From: a virus
Taxonomy: Duplodnaviria > Caudoviricetes
Reading direction: 5' to 3' (one strand)
Virus record (IMG/VR): IMGVR_UViG_3300030330_003398
Coordinates: 1-30,552 of that record
Length of the DNA stretch: 30,552 nucleotides
Each line of letters opens with the position of its first letter. Position 1 is the stretch's first letter. The position numbers and the translations under genes are program-made. The notes under the pieces are model-generated. The model was given only the letters and a program-made list of their open reading frames with translations. It searched no databases and was not told the DNA's origin. Shown one piece after another: positions 25,950 through 30,552 of the stretch.

Positions 25950-28367
25950 TTATCTAGGTCCAAACGAGCCTAAATCAAATCCGCCTTTTAGTATATCATT
26001 ACCGGCAGACTCAAAGTTTTTAGGTGGTTTACCTGTTTTTCTTTGCTCAATCATCTCACTTTGTTGAGTTGCTTGAATTTTTGTTCTTTCATCTTTTCTA
26101 TCTTCCTTTTCTTTTTCTCTACTTTTCATACCTTCAACTTCCATACCTTTTAACTGCATGTTATATTGAAACTCTATAGCCATAAGTTCTTTTTTAAGGT
26201 TAGCTTCTTGTGCTAATTTTTGAGATTCAATTTGTCCTTTAATTTGTTCTAGTTGAGCTTTGCTTTGGGTTAAAGCTTGATTTTTTTGTACTTCAACTTG
26301 TGCAGCAGCTTGTGAGGCTTGACTATTAGCTTGAGCTTGCATTTGTATATTTTGTTGTTGTAAAGCTTGATCTGTTTGTTGTTTTTTCTTTCTACGTATT
26401 TTTAACATTTGATTAGCTAATTTTATATTACGTATTTCTCTAAGATCAATAGCGTCTTCAAGATTTATACTTTGTTGTTGTAAAGCCATTTGTATATTGT
26501 TTTCAAGTATAGCTTTTTCTTCTTCGTCTGGTTGTAATTCTATAAATATACCAAAATCATAAAGATGTAACTCTTTCATTTCACTTAATGTAGCTACGTT
26601 ATGAGCGCCAATAGCTTGTATAAAAGCATCTGCTGTTGGTGAATATTCTAATATATCAGATATTCTAAGTGATAATGCTTCAGCTGTTTCTGCGGTTAAA
26701 AACAAACCAGCTTGCAATATATGCCTTGTAGCTGTATTACTATTTGCTGCTGCTAGCTTTTGAATACCTACTAAAGCATTTTTATCTGGCATGCTACCAT
26801 CTCTAGCTTCATTTAGCCCGGTTACATCACGTATCATTTGTAAATAGTAATTATAATTAGCAATTAAAGCTTGCATTTTATTACCACCAGAACCAGATGT
26901 AATTTCTTGAATAGGTACTTTACCAGGATTTAAATCACCTTCAGAAGTAAATGATCTACCAATTACACTACCTGTTTGGAAGAACATGTTTAAAGCTTCT
27001 TGTGGATTATAATTAGTTCCGTTACCTAAATCAACTTCTGCTAAACCATCTGCATCTAAATAAACACCATCTGGAACCATACGAGATAATACTTGTTGTA
27101 GCTTTAAATGCGTAAGTTGTATCATATCAGCAAAACCAGTAATACGTTTAACTAAGCTTTCTATTTTACCATCATACATGCGAGGCGCTACAATAGAATA
27201 ATTCATTTTAACTTTAGTATAATCACTTTTAGGTCTTAGCATATTACTAGCCATTTGCCATCTAAGAAGTTTATTAGTACCTAATATTAAAGCTCCTTCA
27301 TAAAGAGTTTCTATAGATCTTAATAATTTTGAATAACCACCTTCTTTATTTTCTGGAGGATTAAAATTATCATCTTTAGGTATTATTTTATTAGCACCAG
27401 TACCTGTTTCTTTTATTTTGTAAACTTCATTCATATAAGTTTTATAATTAAAATATAAAACTTGTATTTTATTATTATCTTCTTTATCTGAATTATATCT
27501 ACTTCTATTATTATTTCTGTGATAAGATCTTTTATTCATTATATCTTCTAAATCACTTTCAGTTAAATGTGGAAACTCTTTTGCAAGCTCATTAACTGGT
27601 ATTGATTTTACTTCTCCAACATAATATATATCTTCAAAATATGGTGAATCTGTATAAGAGTACACAAGATTTGCAGGATCAACATAATTTATAGTAACAC
27701 CTTCTGAGGTATTAAAAGAAGTTTTAACACAACCAATACCTAAAACAGTTAAATCATGATAAAATCTTTTTTTAGTTAACTCATATTTATTACCTTCAAA
27801 CAAAACTTTTAAAGCTTGTTCTTCAGCTAACTCAACAGCTTGTTTATAATTGAGCTGCATATGTAATCCTAATTCTTCTTCTGACTGTGGTAGTTCTTTT
27901 ACATCACTTTCTCTCATGTTAACACCAAATCTTCTCTCTACATCATCGTTAAAATCTTTCATATTAATGTCATCGAGTATTTTTTCCATATACTCAGTTC
28001 TTTTTTCAACTCCATTTTGAGATTGTGAAAAAGCTTTTATGTCATATGTTCTTTCAGCTATACCATTAACAACTATATCAACAAATTTTGGTACTATAGG
28101 AACTGGTGTCCAGTCTAAATTTAAATAGGATAAATCACCGTTTATAGATAACTCATCCTTATATTTTTGTATTGACTGCTCGCCTCTAGCATATAATCTT
28201 AGGTTATGAAAATTGTTCATATTGTTTCTATACCTATTATTATTATAGTCATCATTAAACCACTCGTGCTCTATAGCTTTAGCTACCTTCAAACCATAGT
28301 CATAACTTAACTTTTCAGCATCGCTTACAGTTTGACTAGGAAAATAACTTTTACTAGAATATCCCAT
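25950..28367 (-). CDS. Portal protein, 805 aa
   Basis: Follows the terminase gene. PIVPKFVDIVVNG, FYHDLTVLGIGCVK, VDPANL, MIRDVTGLNEARDG, and a long Gln-rich C-terminal coiled coil (P22-type barrel). Confidence 0.88.
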   Translation of the reverse strand: MGYSSKSYFPSQTVSDAEKLSYDYGLKVAKAIEHEWFNDDYNNNRYRNNMNNFHNLRLYARGEQSIQKYKDELSINGDLSYLNLDWTPVPIVPKFVDIVVNGIAERTYDIKAFSQSQNGVEKRTEYMEKILDDINMKDFNDDVERRFGVNMRESDVKELPQSEEELGLHMQLNYKQAVELAEEQALKVLFEGNKYELTKKRFYHDLTVLGIGCVKTSFNTSEGVTINYVDPANLVYSYTDSPYFEDIYYVGEVKSIPVNELAKEFPHLTESDLEDIMNKRSYHRNNNRSRYNSDKEDNNKIQVLYFNYKTYMNEVYKIKETGTGANKIIPKDDNFNPPENKEGGYSKLLRSIETLYEGALILGTNKLLRWQMASNMLRPKSDYTKVKMNYSIVAPRMYDGKIESLVKRITGFADMIQLTHLKLQQVLSRMVPDGVYLDADGLAEVDLGNGTNYNPQEALNMFFQTGSVIGRSFTSEGDLNPGKVPIQEITSGSGGNKMQALIANYNYYLQMIRDVTGLNEARDGSMPDKNALVGIQKLAAANSNTATRHILQAGLFLTAETAEALSLRISDILEYSPTADAFIQAIGAHNVATLSEMKELHLYDFGIFIELQPDEEEKAILENNIQMALQQQSINLEDAIDLREIRNIKLANQMLKIRRKKKQQTDQALQQQNIQMQAQANSQASQAAAQVEVQKNQALTQSKAQLEQIKGQIESQKLAQEANLKKELMAIEFQYNMQLKGMEVEGMKSREKEKEDRKDERTKIQATQQSEMIEQRKTGKPPKNFESAGNDILKGGFDLGSFGPR

Positions 28368-28368
28368 A

Positions 28369-30552
28369 TTACTTTATTATTTGTGAATTAGTTCCAGTAT
28401 TGTTATATCTGGAAATATTTATGTTTAATTTAGATTTTTCTACTTTTGGATTTGGTCTATATAAATGTCTATTATTTGCCATTATAGCTAAACCACTACT
28501 TATAGTTGCATCAAACTTTGTTCGTTTATTTATATCAAATTTAGCCCAATCATTTAATAACTCGTTAAAGTATAAATCTCCAAAGCTACCATCTTGCTTC
28601 ATACCTACATGATCTTGTATATACATCTCAATAGCAGCAGCATGTGCTTGCTTTATATCTTCGCTAGTATTAGGTATACCACCAACTTCTTTTTCTGCTA
28701 CAGATAACTTGTTCCAAACTTTATCAGGTCTATTCATACTAAAACCTCTATAACCTCTACGCCTTAAATAGTATAAAAGTCTAGGTTTGTTATTTTCTGC
28801 AAGTATTGGCATGCCATAAAATACTAAAGCCATCAATACATCTTCAAAAAATATTTCAGCCGTAGGTGGTCTTGATAAGTATTCTAAAAAGAAGCTGTTA
28901 GCTGGAGCGTCCTCCATACTAAATCTAGTTAAACCATGTAAAGCCCCTTTAGAACCTTGTCCATCTACGGTTCCTGATATATCATATGAGTCGCAACCAA
29001 AGGCCCCTATATGTTCATTACCAGGATATTTTATTCCGTTTTTTAACACCACTCTATTTTGTAGTTCAGACTTTGGCACCCAACTAACTTTAAATCTACC
29101 TTGAGGATCTGGATAAAATATTACATTTGAATCTTTAACACCATTAACCCATTGAAAATTACCAGTTGTAACACCAGTAGTCCTAGACATTTCTTCGTTA
29201 TAATCTATCTGCTCGTATATTTTAACTAAATTAAATATACTATTTTTTGTTTCATCTCTAAAAGCGTGCTCTTCAGTTCTTGGAAACTGGCGATAAAACT
29301 CATTTAAAGCATCTTGATCATCTTTCAAACCATCAGCTTCATTTTGCCAATTATCTATTACGCCTATATCTATTAGTTCACCATCTGGGGCAAACACGTC
29401 GATGTCAGGAGTATTGAATACTGGAACTCCATACTCGTCAATAAATCCTTCGTAGTTCCATTCCATTGGGATAAACAAAGAATATAGACCAGATTTTGTC
29501 TGACCATTTCTATTTCTTTTTGTGACATCTGATGCGTTGTATAGTTTTTTAAAGTTTTCTCCACCTTTATCTAATGAGTTTGAAGTCGAGCCCATCATGC
29601 ATTTACCTATAATTCTACTACCTAATCGTAAACATGTTTTAGTTACTCGCCAGTTATTTAATATATTGTCAGGTCTTTCCCACTTACCACTTTCATCATG
29701 TACTAATAAGTTTAGCTTTTCACCATCATAACTATTATCGCCAGTATTTTTCCAGTCAATAGTTGTATCTAAACCTTCTAGTTGTTCTACTTGTTCGTTT
29801 GTAGTTATCTTTTTTCTAGTAAACTTGCTAGCAGGTACTCTATAAGCTAACTCAGTTTTAGGACGATCCATACCATCTTGAATAGGTTTAAAGAAAAAAG
29901 GATAATTAATACTAATAGGGACCACTTTGTCTGTAAACATTTTTTTTGCATCTGCACCTGTTTTTGATAGTATACCATATCTACTATCACTTGCAAGAGT
30001 GGCTAAATTAACTGTTTCTGCAGATGACATAAACGAAAAGCCTGATCTTCTGTTCTTTAGATAACACATACCGTAACATCTTTTATCAGCTTTACATGCT
30101 TCCCAAAATATATAAAACAGTCTATTAGCTTCTCTAAAATCTGGTGCACCTACATCTATTTTACTCCATTGTAAATACATGTAATGTGTACCTACTATAT
30201 AAGTTGGCTTACCATTATTAGTAAACCAAAATCCTTCATCTCTACGTTTAAACTCTTCGTCTATATAATCGTACCACTGTTCTTTTTGCTCTTCTGGATA
30301 ATTACGCCAATCAAATATATTTTTTAATCTAGCTATTTCTTTTGGCTGTTCAAACTTAACCCATTTATTTTTTTCGTGTTTAAATACTTCTTTTGGTTGT
30401 TTAGGTAAAGCTATTTTAAGATTTTGTATTTCTATTATTTCACCTATCATACCTGTTTTAGATATAACAACTATATCGTTTTCTTTGTTATATCCATACT
30501 TCCACTTCTTACCACGATTTAATCTTGTTATAGTTGTTTTTTTAACAGGCTC
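28369..30552 (-). CDS. terL: Terminase large subunit, 5' end beyond window
   Basis: Walker A-like LKNRRSGFS, Walker B LLVHDESGK, coupling motif GSTSN, and RNase H-like nuclease residues AFGCDSYD...AENN...KFDATIS. The frame stays open for 34 codons upstream of the tracked Met (EPVKKTTITRLNRGKKWKYGYNKENDIVVISKTG) to the window edge. Confidence 0.92.
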   Translation of the reverse strand, partial: EPVKKTTITRLNRGKKWKYGYNKENDIVVISKTGMIGEIIEIQNLKIALPKQPKEVFKHEKNKWVKFEQPKEIARLKNIFDWRNYPEEQKEQWYDYIDEEFKRRDEGFWFTNNGKPTYIVGTHYMYLQWSKIDVGAPDFREANRLFYIFWEACKADKRCYGMCYLKNRRSGFSFMSSAETVNLATLASDSRYGILSKTGADAKKMFTDKVVPISINYPFFFKPIQDGMDRPKTELAYRVPASKFTRKKITTNEQVEQLEGLDTTIDWKNTGDNSYDGEKLNLLVHDESGKWERPDNILNNWRVTKTCLRLGSRIIGKCMMGSTSNSLDKGGENFKKLYNASDVTKRNRNGQTKSGLYSLFIPMEWNYEGFIDEYGVPVFNTPDIDVFAPDGELIDIGVIDNWQNEADGLKDDQDALNEFYRQFPRTEEHAFRDETKNSIFNLVKIYEQIDYNEEMSRTTGVTTGNFQWVNGVKDSNVIFYPDPQGRFKVSWVPKSELQNRVVLKNGIKYPGNEHIGAFGCDSYDISGTVDGQGSKGALHGLTRFSMEDAPANSFFLEYLSRPPTAEIFFEDVLMALVFYGMPILAENNKPRLLYYLRRRGYRGFSMNRPDKVWNKLSVAEKEVGGIPNTSEDIKQAHAAAIEMYIQDHVGMKQDGSFGDLYFNELLNDWAKFDINKRTKFDATISSGLAIMANNRHLYRPNPKVEKSKLNINISRYNNTGTNSQIIK

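Noticed and set aside
497-29731. Short plus-strand ORFs and short alternative-frame minus-strand ORFs in the track
   Set aside because: Essentially all lie within long minus-strand genes, lack recognisable motifs and have shadow-frame composition.
30448-30450. Tracked Met as the terminase start
   Set aside because: The frame is open and protein-like up to the window edge, so the true start is probably upstream.
1-30552. Stop-codon reassignment as in some crAss-like phages
   Set aside because: The standard code gives near-complete coding density, including uninterrupted 3327-codon and 1740-codon frames.
28369-30552. Intein or intron in terminase
   Set aside because: ATPase and nuclease motifs are contiguous, with no splice-junction or homing endonuclease motifs seen.
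1-30552. CRISPR array, tRNA, integrase or diversity-generating retroelement repeats
   Set aside because: Intergenic gaps are all under about 70 bp, and no direct-repeat array, cloverleaf, recombinase or reverse transcriptase was recognised by eye.

Overview
A 30.5 kb AT-rich segment of a tailed phage genome. All real genes are on the minus strand and tightly packed, forming the virion morphogenesis block of a podovirus with a crAss-like/flavobacterial-phage layout. In transcription order (right to left): terminase large subunit (5' end beyond the window), portal, acidic scaffold-like protein, major capsid protein, terminator, 277-aa structural protein, two ring/connector proteins, a 3327-aa muzzle/tail-stabilisation protein, two small tail-associated genes, a GNAT-like protein, and three putative ejected cargo proteins. 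The last cargo gene (5220 to <1, at least 1740 aa) is absent from the ORF track; I translated it by hand. It is a polyvalent protein with Gly/Ala-rich hydrophobic segments, a zincin HExxH peptidase, a segment resembling sigma-70 region 2, a complete HAD phosphatase and further unknown domains, separated by short [FY]S linker motifs. It may be an injected, self-processing host-takeover polyprotein. A/T-rich leaders without Shine-Dalgarno motifs suggest a Bacteroidota host. All assignments come from motif recognition and gene order; no database searches were run.
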